Below, in pieces: positions 6,373 to 15,051 of a stretch of 22,749 nucleotides of DNA. Under the pieces are notes generated by a model. The model worked only from the letters and a program-made list of their open reading frames with translations. It made no database searches and had not been told where the DNA came from. The stretch is from a virus, in UHGV virus genome UHGV-0233466, one strand, 5' to 3'. Position 1 is the first letter of the stretch. The number at the start of each line of letters is the position of its first letter. The position numbers were made by a program, and so were the translations under genes.

Positions 6373-8052
6373 ATGGCGGAAACAACTAAAGAGCGATTGA
6401 ACAAACAGTTCGCACAACTTGAAAGCGAGCGTCAGTCGTTCGAGCCGCACTGGCGCGAGTTGAGTGATTACATCAACCCGCGTGGTTCCCGCTTTCTGAC
6501 TTCTGAGGTTAACCGTAACGATCGACGCAATACACGCATTATTGATTCGACCGGGACTATGGCGGCGCGCACTCTTGCCAGCGGCATGATGTCAGGCATA
6601 ACAAGCCCCGCCCGTCCGTGGTTTCGCCTGGCTACGCCAGATCCTGAAATGATGGACTATGGCCCTGTTAAGTTGTGGCTTGAGGCAGTTCAGAACCGCA
6701 TGAACGATATGTTCAATAAGTCGAATCTCTACCAGTCTCTTCCGCAGTTATACGGAAGCCTCGGCACATACAGCACTGGTGCAATGGCGGTGCTGGAGGA
6801 TGACGAGGACATCATTCGCACAATGCCATTCCCGATAGGCAGTTACTACCTGGCTAACTCACCTCGTGGCAGTGTGGACACCTGTTTTCGCAAGTTCTCT
6901 ATGACTGTTCGTCAGCTTGTTCAGGAGTTCGGGCTAAATAACGTCAGCGAATCCGTAAAAAGCATGTGGGAAAGCGGCACCTACGAGAAGTGGATTGAAG
7001 TGATGCATTCGGTTTACCCGAACATTGACCGCGATACATCGAAGCTGGATAGCAAGAACAAGCCATTCAAATCGGTTTATTACGAGGTTGGTGGCGATAA
7101 CGACAAGTTGTTGCGTGAGTCCGGATTCGATGAGTTTCCAATTATGGCTCCGCGCTGGGAAGTTAACGGCGAAGATGTTTATGGATCATCATGCCCGGGT
7201 ATGCTGGCGCTTGGACCTGTTAAGGCATTGCAGCTTCTCCAGAAGCGCAAGTCGCAGTTGATTGATAAAGCCACCAATCCGCCGATGGTTGCTCCGACTT
7301 CCCTCAAGAATCAGCGCGCCTCCCTTCTTCCTGGCGACATCACGTATATCGATCAGATTACTGGTCAGGATGGTTTCAGGCCTGCTTATCTGGTTAACCC
7401 CAGTACAGCAGATTTGGTGGCAGACATTCAGGACACTCGTCAAATCATTAACAGCGCCTACTTTGTCGATCTGTTCATGATGTTGCAGAACATCAATACC
7501 CGCTCGATGCCTGTGGAAGCGGTGATCGAAATGAAAGAAGAAAAACTTCTGATGTTGGGGCCGGTTCTGGAGCGCCTGAACGACGAATGTCTTAATCCTC
7601 TCATTGACCGCTCTTTCTCGATGATGGTGCGTAAAAACATGCTGCCGCCACCGCCAGACGTGATGGAAGGTATGCCCCTGAAGGTCGAATACATTTCCGT
7701 CATGGCTCAGGCGCAGAAGTCTATCGGCCTGTCCAGTCTGGCGTCCACGGTTAACTTCATTGGTCAACTTGCGCAAGCGAAACCAGAAGCTCTCGACAAA
7801 CTCAACGTTGATCAGGCGATCGATGCATTCGCTGATATGTCCGGAGTGTCTCCAACCGTCATTGTTCCGCAGGAACAGGTTGAGCAGGCTCGCCAGCAAC
7901 GGGCACAGCAACAACAGCAGCAACAAATGATGGCGATGGGGATGGCGGCGGCACAGGGTGCCAAGACGCTAAGCGAAGCTAAAACTTCGGATCCGAGTGT
8001 TTTGTCAGCTATGGCGAATGCAGTTAGTGGTCAGGGTGGGCAATCACAATGA
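6373..8052 (+). CDS. portal protein (559 aa) with Gln-rich C-terminal tail
   Basis: Size and position between terminase and scaffold/capsid; GGAG SD; C-terminal QQRAQQQQQQQ tract. Confidence 0.7.
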   Translation: MAETTKERLNKQFAQLESERQSFEPHWRELSDYINPRGSRFLTSEVNRNDRRNTRIIDSTGTMAARTLASGMMSGITSPARPWFRLATPDPEMMDYGPVKLWLEAVQNRMNDMFNKSNLYQSLPQLYGSLGTYSTGAMAVLEDDEDIIRTMPFPIGSYYLANSPRGSVDTCFRKFSMTVRQLVQEFGLNNVSESVKSMWESGTYEKWIEVMHSVYPNIDRDTSKLDSKNKPFKSVYYEVGGDNDKLLRESGFDEFPIMAPRWEVNGEDVYGSSCPGMLALGPVKALQLLQKRKSQLIDKATNPPMVAPTSLKNQRASLLPGDITYIDQITGQDGFRPAYLVNPSTADLVADIQDTRQIINSAYFVDLFMMLQNINTRSMPVEAVIEMKEEKLLMLGPVLERLNDECLNPLIDRSFSMMVRKNMLPPPPDVMEGMPLKVEYISVMAQAQKSIGLSSLASTVNFIGQLAQAKPEALDKLNVDQAIDAFADMSGVSPTVIVPQEQVEQARQQRAQQQQQQQMMAMGMAAAQGAKTLSEAKTSDPSVLSAMANAVSGQGGQSQ

Positions 8053-8345
8053 CAGATTACGAAGACGATCAACTGAAAGAAGAAAACGCCCGTAAGCAAC
8101 GTGACATGGCACAGCGTGAAATTGATGACATTCGCTTTGTCATGAGCAGTGAACAGGGGCGTCGCGTTGTCTGGTCGGTGCTGGAGAAAGGTCGTGTGTT
8201 TTCCGCTATCTCACCGATGGACGCTATGGCAATGGCATTTAATGAGGGGCAACGCAATCTGGCGCTGGAACTGTTTCAGCGCGTTATGGCGCATTGCCCT
8301 GAACAGTATTTGAAGATGGCCAAAGAGGCCAGTGAACAGGAGTGA
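8049..8345 (+). CDS. hypothetical head-module protein (98 aa)
   Basis: ATG overlapping the portal stop (ATGA); charged helical composition. Confidence 0.5.
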   Translation: MTDYEDDQLKEENARKQRDMAQREIDDIRFVMSSEQGRRVVWSVLEKGRVFSAISPMDAMAMAFNEGQRNLALELFQRVMAHCPEQYLKMAKEASEQE

Positions 8346-8347
8346 TC

Positions 8348-9043
8348 ATGAATTTATTTGAGCGTTTGCTGTATCGCCGTCTTTGCAATGAGCAACCAGT
8401 CGATGGTGGAGCAGCTCCGGCTGCGTCAGAACCGTCAGCGCCTGCAGGTGATAACCCTGCTCCAGTTGGTGATCCATCACAACAGGAAGGTGATAAGCCA
8501 CAACCTGTTGCTGATGGCGATAAACCTGCTGATAACAAAAAGCCTGAAAACGATAAGCAGGATGAAAAAAAGGACGGCGATAAACCAGAGGGTGCGCCTG
8601 AAAAGTACGAGTTTCAGGCTGCCGAAGGCGTAGAGCTGGATACAGAAGCGTTGAAGGAATTCGAGCCGGTGGCGCGAGAACTAAACCTGACCAACGAGCA
8701 AGCGCAAAAGCTGGTTGATGCTTATCCGAAGATTCTGGCAGGTGTTCAGCAGCGCCAGGCAGAAGCCTGGCAGAAAACAACCGAGCAGTGGGCTGCGGAT
8801 GTAAAAGCTGACAAAGAAATCGGTGGCGACAAGTTGATTTCTAACCTTAGCGCCGCACAGCGTGCGCTTGACCAGTTCGGGACACCTGAGCTCAAAGAAT
8901 ATCTGAACACCACCGGGCTGGGTAATCACCCTGATCTGGTCAAAACGTTCGTGAAAATCGGAAAGGCGATGTCTGAAGATGGCATGGTCACCGGTGGTAA
9001 TGAAGGCCAGCGTAGTGCGGCCGAAGTGCTCTATGGCAAATAA
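8348..9043 (+). CDS. scaffolding-like protein (231 aa)
   Basis: ATG 8348 with AGGAG 5 nt upstream; acidic Pro/Asp/Lys-rich N-terminal region with three GDKP repeats and helical C-terminal part; between portal and capsid genes. Confidence 0.5.
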   Translation: MNLFERLLYRRLCNEQPVDGGAAPAASEPSAPAGDNPAPVGDPSQQEGDKPQPVADGDKPADNKKPENDKQDEKKDGDKPEGAPEKYEFQAAEGVELDTEALKEFEPVARELNLTNEQAQKLVDAYPKILAGVQQRQAEAWQKTTEQWAADVKADKEIGGDKLISNLSAAQRALDQFGTPELKEYLNTTGLGNHPDLVKTFVKIGKAMSEDGMVTGGNEGQRSAAEVLYGK

Positions 9044-9057
9044 GAGAGGAAATGACA

Positions 9058-10044
9058 ATGGCTGTTAAAGGCTTAACTGCGCTAACGCTGGCTGACTGGG
9101 GTAAGCGCGTCGATCCAAACGGGAAAGTCGATAAGATTATCGAGCTTCTCGGTCAAACTAACCCGATCCTTCAGGATATGCCTTTTGTCGAAGGGAACCT
9201 TCCTACCGGACACCGAACCACCATTCGTTCTGGTTTACCTTCAGCTACCTGGCGTTTGCTGAACTATGGCGTACAGCCAAGCAAATCAACCACAGTGCAG
9301 GTAACCGATTCCGTTGGCATGCTGGAAACCTATGCGGAAGTCGATAAGTCACTGGCTGATCTGAACGGCAATACCGCCGAATTCCGCCTTTCTGAAGACC
9401 GCGCATTTATTGAAGCGATGAATCAGCAGATGGCGCAGACGCTGTTTTATGGTGATTCCAGCGTTAATCCTCAGCAGTTTATGGGACTGTCCTCCCGCTA
9501 TTCCAGCCTGTCTGCGGGTAATGCTCAGAACATCATTGATGCTGGTGGCACGGGTACAGATAACACCTCAATCTGGTTAGTGGTGTGGGGCGAAAACACC
9601 GTGCATGGCATCTTCCCGAAAGGGCAGAAGGCTGGCATCCAGATGGAAGATAAAGGCCAGGTGACACTGGAAGATGCTAATGGCGGCAAGTACGAAGGCT
9701 ATCGCACCCATTACAAATGGGATAACGGACTTGCTCTGCGTGACTGGCGTTATGTTGTTCGCATTGCAAACATCGATGTCAGCAATCTTTCAGAACCATC
9801 CTCTGCCGCAAATATTGCGAAGTTGATGGTTAAAGCACTACATCGCATTCCAAACCGTGGCATGGGCCGCCCGGTGTTCTACATGAACCGCACTGTAGGC
9901 CAGGCTCTTGATCTGCAGTCTCTGGAGAAAACATCTCTGGCTATCAGCGTAAAAGAGACAGAAGGCGAGTGGTGGACTTCATTCCGTGGTGTACCAATCC
10001 GTGAAACTGATGCGCTTCTGGAAACAGAAGCCCGCGTGGTGTAA
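9058..10044 (+). CDS. major capsid protein (about 328 aa; alternative ATG at 9052)
   Basis: GAGAGGA SD at 9044-9050; size and position after the scaffold; followed by a stem-loop. Confidence 0.7.
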   Translation: MAVKGLTALTLADWGKRVDPNGKVDKIIELLGQTNPILQDMPFVEGNLPTGHRTTIRSGLPSATWRLLNYGVQPSKSTTVQVTDSVGMLETYAEVDKSLADLNGNTAEFRLSEDRAFIEAMNQQMAQTLFYGDSSVNPQQFMGLSSRYSSLSAGNAQNIIDAGGTGTDNTSIWLVVWGENTVHGIFPKGQKAGIQMEDKGQVTLEDANGGKYEGYRTHYKWDNGLALRDWRYVVRIANIDVSNLSEPSSAANIAKLMVKALHRIPNRGMGRPVFYMNRTVGQALDLQSLEKTSLAISVKETEGEWWTSFRGVPIRETDALLETEARVV

Positions 10045-10060
10045 CGCCTGTTATTAACCT

Positions 10061-10080
10061 GTGGGTCGTAACAGACCCAC
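10061..10080 (+). other. perfect 7-bp stem-loop after the capsid gene without a U-tract (possible RNA processing or stability element)
   Basis: GTGGGTC-GTAACA-GACCCAC read directly; next 3' bases are TAATGGAG. Confidence 0.4.
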
Positions 10081-10095
10081 TAATGGAGAAAGAAG

Positions 10096-10533
10096 ATGAT
10101 CACCGACAAACTGTTGATGTTCTCCGAAGCTCAGGCGGTTACGAATACCGCGGCTTCTACTGACGTAATCGATCTCGGCCCAATTGACGGAAAACGTCGT
10201 GATATCGGCGTGGGTTACCCACTTGAGTTTTGGGCGCTGGTTAACACAGCCGCCGCGGCAAGCGGTGATGCAACTGTAAACATCCAGTTGCAGACGAGTG
10301 AGAATAACAGCTCATGGACCACTATTTATGATAGTGGCGCACTGGCAAAGACCGCCCTGACAGCAGGTAAACGAGTTGTTTCTGCAAAGGTGCCTGCCGG
10401 TGTTCAGCGATATCTGCGTGTTAACTACTCCGTCGCAACTGGCCCACTAACGGCTGGCAAATTCACTGCGGGTATCAGTCTGGATGTTGATGCCAATACG
10501 CCGTACCCGATCCGCTCAAAAGTAACTGGTTAA
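10096..10533 (+). CDS. hypothetical virion protein (145 aa), possibly a capsid accessory or decoration protein
   Basis: ATG 10096 with GGAGAAAG SD; Thr/Ala/Ser/Gly-rich composition; position after the capsid gene. Confidence 0.5.
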   Translation: MITDKLLMFSEAQAVTNTAASTDVIDLGPIDGKRRDIGVGYPLEFWALVNTAAAASGDATVNIQLQTSENNSSWTTIYDSGALAKTALTAGKRVVSAKVPAGVQRYLRVNYSVATGPLTAGKFTAGISLDVDANTPYPIRSKVTG

Positions 10534-10543
10534 GGTGATATCG

Positions 10544-10879
10544 ATGTCAGGTGAGAAACCAAGATACCGCGTTCTGCGCCTCTCTCATATCCATAACACT
10601 CTGTGGCCGGAGGGGGCAGAAATCGAATACGAAGGTGAGCCTGGTAGCGCACTGGAACCTGTTAACGATGCAGCCAGACAGGCAAAAGCAAAAGTTGCAG
10701 GAAAGGTGTCAATGGCAGCAACCAGCACCAAAATCATCAACGATGTGTCAGATGATGGTGAACTGGATAAGCTCCGTGAAGAGTACGAATTGCTCTTTAA
10801 CGAGAAGCCACACCATAACGCCAACGCCGAAACGCTACGCGAGAAGATCGCAGATAAGCGTAAAGAACTGGGCGTGTAA
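10544..10879 (+). CDS. hypothetical protein (111 aa)
   Basis: ATG 10544 with AAGGTGA 6 nt upstream; followed by an intrinsic terminator. Confidence 0.5.
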   Translation: MSGEKPRYRVLRLSHIHNTLWPEGAEIEYEGEPGSALEPVNDAARQAKAKVAGKVSMAATSTKIINDVSDDGELDKLREEYELLFNEKPHHNANAETLREKIADKRKELGV

Positions 10880-10897
10880 GCCTCGCGAATCAGACAA

Positions 10898-10918
10898 GGG
10901 GCTTCGGCCCCTTTATTG
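10898..10918 (+). terminator. intrinsic terminator downstream of the head genes
   Basis: GGGGC-TTCG-GCCCC hairpin followed by TTTATTG. Confidence 0.6.
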
Positions 10919-10935
10919 CAGGAGTATAGAAACTT

Positions 10936-11541
10936 ATGGCCTCTGTAGTAGAGATCTGCAATCGTGCGCTGTCCAATATTGGCAACAGCCGCAGCATTAA
11001 CAGCCTGACGGAAGCCAGCAAGGAAGCGGGGGAATGTTCGCTGCACTTTGAGGCCTGCCGTGATGCTGTGCTTTCTGATTTTGACTGGAACTTTGCTACC
11101 AAACGCGTGGCGCTTGCAGATACGAGCAATCCACCGCCTGACTGGGAATATGCGTACCAGTACCCGTCAGATTGTCTGCGCATTACTGAAATTATGCTTC
11201 CTGGTGTACGCAATCCAACAGCAGCAATGCGCGTTCAGTACGAAGTTGGTGCAGACACCAACGGAACAGGAAAGTTGATCTACACAGACCAGCCGCAGGC
11301 ATGGCTCAAGTATGTCTCTCGCGTTTCAGATGTGAACATGTTTGATGCCATTTTTATGGAGGCGTTGGCCTGGCGTCTTGCGGCAGCTATTAACATGGCG
11401 CTGACTGGGAATGCAGACCTCGGTACGTTTGCCCTCAATATGTACAATCGCGTGATTCTTAGTGCTGGCTCGCATAGCCAGAATGAATCACAGGAACCAC
11501 TGCCACCGGTTGACGAGTTTACCATTGCGAGGTTGTCCTGA
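10936..11541 (+). CDS. tail tubular protein A-like (T7 gp11-like adaptor), 201 aa
   Basis: N-terminal pattern (ICNRALSNIGNSRSINSLTE ... DFDWNFA) recalled as similar to T7 gp11 (ILASIGEPPVSTLE ... RGWTFN); position directly upstream of the large gp12-like gene. Confidence 0.55.
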   Translation: MASVVEICNRALSNIGNSRSINSLTEASKEAGECSLHFEACRDAVLSDFDWNFATKRVALADTSNPPPDWEYAYQYPSDCLRITEIMLPGVRNPTAAMRVQYEVGADTNGTGKLIYTDQPQAWLKYVSRVSDVNMFDAIFMEALAWRLAAAINMALTGNADLGTFALNMYNRVILSAGSHSQNESQEPLPPVDEFTIARLS

Positions 11542-14012
11542 TGGCTATCAGTTGGATCCAGCCCAGCTTTGCCGGTGGTGAGATTGGACCGTCGTTGTAC
11601 GGTCGTATTGACATGGCGAAGTACCAGGTGGCATTGCGCAAGTGCGATAACTTTATCGTGCGGCAGTATGGCGGAGTTGAGAATCGACCTGGTACGCGTT
11701 TTGTCGGTGCCGCCAAATACCCAAATCGGAAATGCCGCCTGATCCCGTTCCAGTTCTCGACGGTTCAGACTTATGCTCTGGAATTCGGACACCAGTACAT
11801 GCGCGTTATCAAAGATGGTGCGTTGGTGCTGAACAGCAGCAATGTTATTTATGAAATTGCCACGCCATATACTGAAGCCGATCTGTTCCGAATTAAATTC
11901 ACGCAAAGCGCCGACGTGCTTACGTTGGTTCACCCGGCATACCCGCCGAAAGAGCTGCGCCGCTATGCGCATGACAACTGGCAACTGGTTGATGTGGTAA
12001 CGAAGAACGGGCCATTTGAAGATATCAATATTGACGAGTCAGTGACGGTTTATGCCAGCGCCAGCACCGGGACAATTACGTTAACGGCAAGCGCCTCTAT
12101 TTTTGGCGCGGAGCAGGTAGGCAAATTGTTCTATCTGGAACAGCCTGCAGTGGATTCTGTGCCGGTATGGGAAACCAGTAAGAGTACGTCGATTGGCGAT
12201 ATTCGCCGTGCAGACAGTAACTACTATCGCGCCGTTACAGCAGGCAAAACAGGCACTTTGCGCCCTTCGCATACAGAAGGCACATCATGGGATGGCTGGG
12301 GCGGATCCGGTGATGATGATACTGGCATTGAGTGGGAGTATCTGCACAGTGGTTTTGGCATTGCCCGTATCACTGCTGCAAATGGCACTACTGCAACTGC
12401 TGAGGTGATTTCCTATATCCCTTCGCAGGTCGTTGGCGAGGATAATGCCAGCTATAAATGGGCTAAATATGCCTGGAACAGTGTTAATGGTTATCCTAGC
12501 ACTGTTGTTTATTATCAACAACGTCTTTACTTCGCCGCATCGACTGCGTTCCCTCAGACTATCTGGGCCAGCCGTACCGGGGATTATAAGGATTTTGGCA
12601 AAAGCAATCCTACGCAGGATGACGACAGAATTATCTACACCTATGCCGGACGTCAGGTTAATGAGATCCGCCACCTGATTGATGTTGGTTCTCTGGTGGC
12701 GCTGACTTCCGGAGGTGAGTACGTCATCACCGGCGACCAGAACAAAGTGTTAACCCCATCATCATTTGCATTCAGCTCTCAGGGATCAAATGGCTCAAGC
12801 AACGTCCCGCCAATTGCCGTGGCGAATATTGCTCTGTTCGTCCAGGAGAAAGGCAGCGTTGTCCGTGATCTGGCCTACTCATTCGATGTTGACGGCTATC
12901 AGGGGAACGACCTGACCATCCTTGCCAATCATCTTTTTCAGAAGCACAGCATTGTTGACTGGTGCTTCTCGATAGTCCCTTACTCCAGCGCCTTCTGCAT
13001 TCGTGATGACGGTAAATTACTGGTGATGACCTATTTGCGTGATCAACAGGTTTTTGCATGGGCACCACAGTCCAGTACCGGAAAATATGAAAGCACATGC
13101 AGTATCAGCGAAGGCAATGAAGATGCGGTGTATTTCGTCATTAACCGAACCGTTAACGGGCAAACAGTGAGATACATCGAGCGACTGTCCAGCCGTTTAT
13201 TTACCAGCGATGAAGATGCTTTCTTTGTTGATTCTGGCCTTAGCTATGATGGAAGAAATACGTCTGACAGAACGATGACCATCACTGGTGGTTCTGGCGA
13301 ATGGGATTACTGCGCGGAATATACAATCAGTGTTTCTGGTGGTGCGTACTTCACCAGTAGTGATGTCGGCGCGCAACTACAGTTCCCTTATACCGGAACT
13401 GATCCTGATACTGGCGATGAGGTGTCAAAAGAATTACGTTGCGACATTATTTCTGTAACCAGCAATACCGCTGTAGTGGTTCGTGCTAACAGGAACGTCC
13501 CGCCATCCCTCAGGAATGTGGCCACCACGAACTGGCAGATGGCGCGCCGGACATTTGGCGGCTTGTCTCATCTTGAAGGCCAGACCGTAAACATCCTCTC
13601 TGATGCGAACGTGGAACCACAGAAAGTGGTTTCCGGAGGTGCCGTCACGCTGGAATCACCTGGGGCTGTTGTGCACATCGGCCTGCCAATAACTGCTGAA
13701 TTCGAAACACTGGATATCAACATTAACGGACAGGAAACGCTGCTGGACAAAAAACAGGTGATCCCGTCCGTTACTCTGGTTGTGAATGCCAGTCGCGGCA
13801 TCTGGGCGACTACGCCCGGCGGTAAATGGTACGAATATCCACAGCGTGAATTCGAGTTCTACGATGATCCTGTTGATGATGCTACCGGAAAAGTAGAAGT
13901 GAAACTGGACAGTAACTGGGGCAAAAACGGACGTGTAAAAATCCGTCAGCTTGATCCGTTGCCGCTGTCTGTTCTTGCCGTTATTCCTCGCCTTACTGTT
14001 GGGGGATTCTGA
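11541..14012 (+). CDS. tail tubular protein B-like (T7 gp12-like nozzle), 823 aa
   Basis: ATGA overlap with the gp11-like gene; size close to T7 gp12; synteny. Confidence 0.5.
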   Translation: MAISWIQPSFAGGEIGPSLYGRIDMAKYQVALRKCDNFIVRQYGGVENRPGTRFVGAAKYPNRKCRLIPFQFSTVQTYALEFGHQYMRVIKDGALVLNSSNVIYEIATPYTEADLFRIKFTQSADVLTLVHPAYPPKELRRYAHDNWQLVDVVTKNGPFEDINIDESVTVYASASTGTITLTASASIFGAEQVGKLFYLEQPAVDSVPVWETSKSTSIGDIRRADSNYYRAVTAGKTGTLRPSHTEGTSWDGWGGSGDDDTGIEWEYLHSGFGIARITAANGTTATAEVISYIPSQVVGEDNASYKWAKYAWNSVNGYPSTVVYYQQRLYFAASTAFPQTIWASRTGDYKDFGKSNPTQDDDRIIYTYAGRQVNEIRHLIDVGSLVALTSGGEYVITGDQNKVLTPSSFAFSSQGSNGSSNVPPIAVANIALFVQEKGSVVRDLAYSFDVDGYQGNDLTILANHLFQKHSIVDWCFSIVPYSSAFCIRDDGKLLVMTYLRDQQVFAWAPQSSTGKYESTCSISEGNEDAVYFVINRTVNGQTVRYIERLSSRLFTSDEDAFFVDSGLSYDGRNTSDRTMTITGGSGEWDYCAEYTISVSGGAYFTSSDVGAQLQFPYTGTDPDTGDEVSKELRCDIISVTSNTAVVVRANRNVPPSLRNVATTNWQMARRTFGGLSHLEGQTVNILSDANVEPQKVVSGGAVTLESPGAVVHIGLPITAEFETLDININGQETLLDKKQVIPSVTLVVNASRGIWATTPGGKWYEYPQREFEFYDDPVDDATGKVEVKLDSNWGKNGRVKIRQLDPLPLSVLAVIPRLTVGGF

Positions 14013-14476
14013 TGGTCGATGTTCAAATTATTCCCGCAACCGAAGAGCATCTTCAGATGATTTTGCCGGATGTTCGTCAGGCTGATATTGACGAACTGTA
14101 TGCGGTATCACTGATGACTACCGAAGATGCGCTGCGTGTTGGTCTGCGTACTGCGACTATGGCCTGGTCAGGATTTGCGAACGGAGAACTGGTAACCATG
14201 TTTGGCGTATCTCCGGCGTCAATGATCGGTGGCAATGGTACGCCCTGGCTGGTCGGAACCAGCCGTATTGAAAAATATCAGAAGACATTTCTTCGCCACT
14301 GCCGACCTGTATTGCAGCAGATGCTGGCAGTTTATCCGCGCCTGGAAAACTACGTCGACGAGCGAAACCATGTTGCCAAAGCATGGCTGCACTGGCTTGG
14401 ATTCAGGCTTGAAGAAGCCGCGCCTTATGGTGCTCTTGGTCTTAATTTCCACAGATTTCACATGGAGAGAAAATAA
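14012..14476 (+). CDS. virion-associated protein (154 aa) in the gp13 position
   Basis: TGATG overlap with the upstream gene; position between the gp12-like and gp14-like genes. Confidence 0.45.
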   Translation: MVDVQIIPATEEHLQMILPDVRQADIDELYAVSLMTTEDALRVGLRTATMAWSGFANGELVTMFGVSPASMIGGNGTPWLVGTSRIEKYQKTFLRHCRPVLQQMLAVYPRLENYVDERNHVAKAWLHWLGFRLEEAAPYGALGLNFHRFHMERK

Positions 14477-15051
14477 TGTGCGATCCGGTTATTGCTGGTG
14501 GCGCAATGCTCGCCATGAGTGGCATTCAGGCATACACCCAGTACCAACAGGGAAGGTATGCCTCGAAGGTTGCAGAAGCGAACGCAGATATAGCCACAGC
14601 TCAGGCAAATGATGCAATAAACAGGGGTAACGCTGAAGCTGAGCAACGGCGCAGAGAGACCCGACAGCGGCTTGGTACACAGGCGGCGACAATGGGGGCG
14701 ACCGGCGCCGATTTATCTACAGGTAACGCGCTGGATATATTTGGTGACACTGCTCAGTTTGGCGCTCTTGATTCGCTGACGACGGTGAATAACGCGCAAC
14801 GCGAGGCTTACGGTTATCAGGTTCAGGCTGCCAACTATAAAGCAGAAGCCAGTTCAGCCCGTAAACAGGGGAATGTGGGAGCAGCAACAACATTGCTCAC
14901 TGCGCCTCTGAAGGCATACGGTGCGTACCAGATGTTTGGTGGGACGTGGAGTCCGTTCTCTAAAGGAAGTGCATCTGGTGGTGGAACGCCAATGTTATCT
15001 AACTCAGGTTTTATGAATTCTGACTCCCGATTCAAAATAGGAGGTTACTGA
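14476..15051 (+). CDS. internal virion protein A-like (T7 gp14-like), 191 aa
   Basis: N-terminus MC... followed by an Ala/Gln-rich helical region, recalled as similar to T7 gp14; TAATG overlap. Confidence 0.5.
   Translation: MCDPVIAGGAMLAMSGIQAYTQYQQGRYASKVAEANADIATAQANDAINRGNAEAEQRRRETRQRLGTQAATMGATGADLSTGNALDIFGDTAQFGALDSLTTVNNAQREAYGYQVQAANYKAEASSARKQGNVGAATTLLTAPLKAYGAYQMFGGTWSPFSKGSASGGGTPMLSNSGFMNSDSRFKIGGY

Noticed and set aside
7189-7926. 245-aa ORF on the minus strand inside the portal gene
   Set aside because: Antisense to a well-supported gene; its Leu-rich start is simply the complement of the portal poly-Gln codons; no SD.
10551-11046. Overlapping 149-aa (+) and 153-aa (-) ORFs across the 10544-10879 gene and the terminator
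   Set aside because: Alternative frames without SDs that run through an intrinsic terminator.
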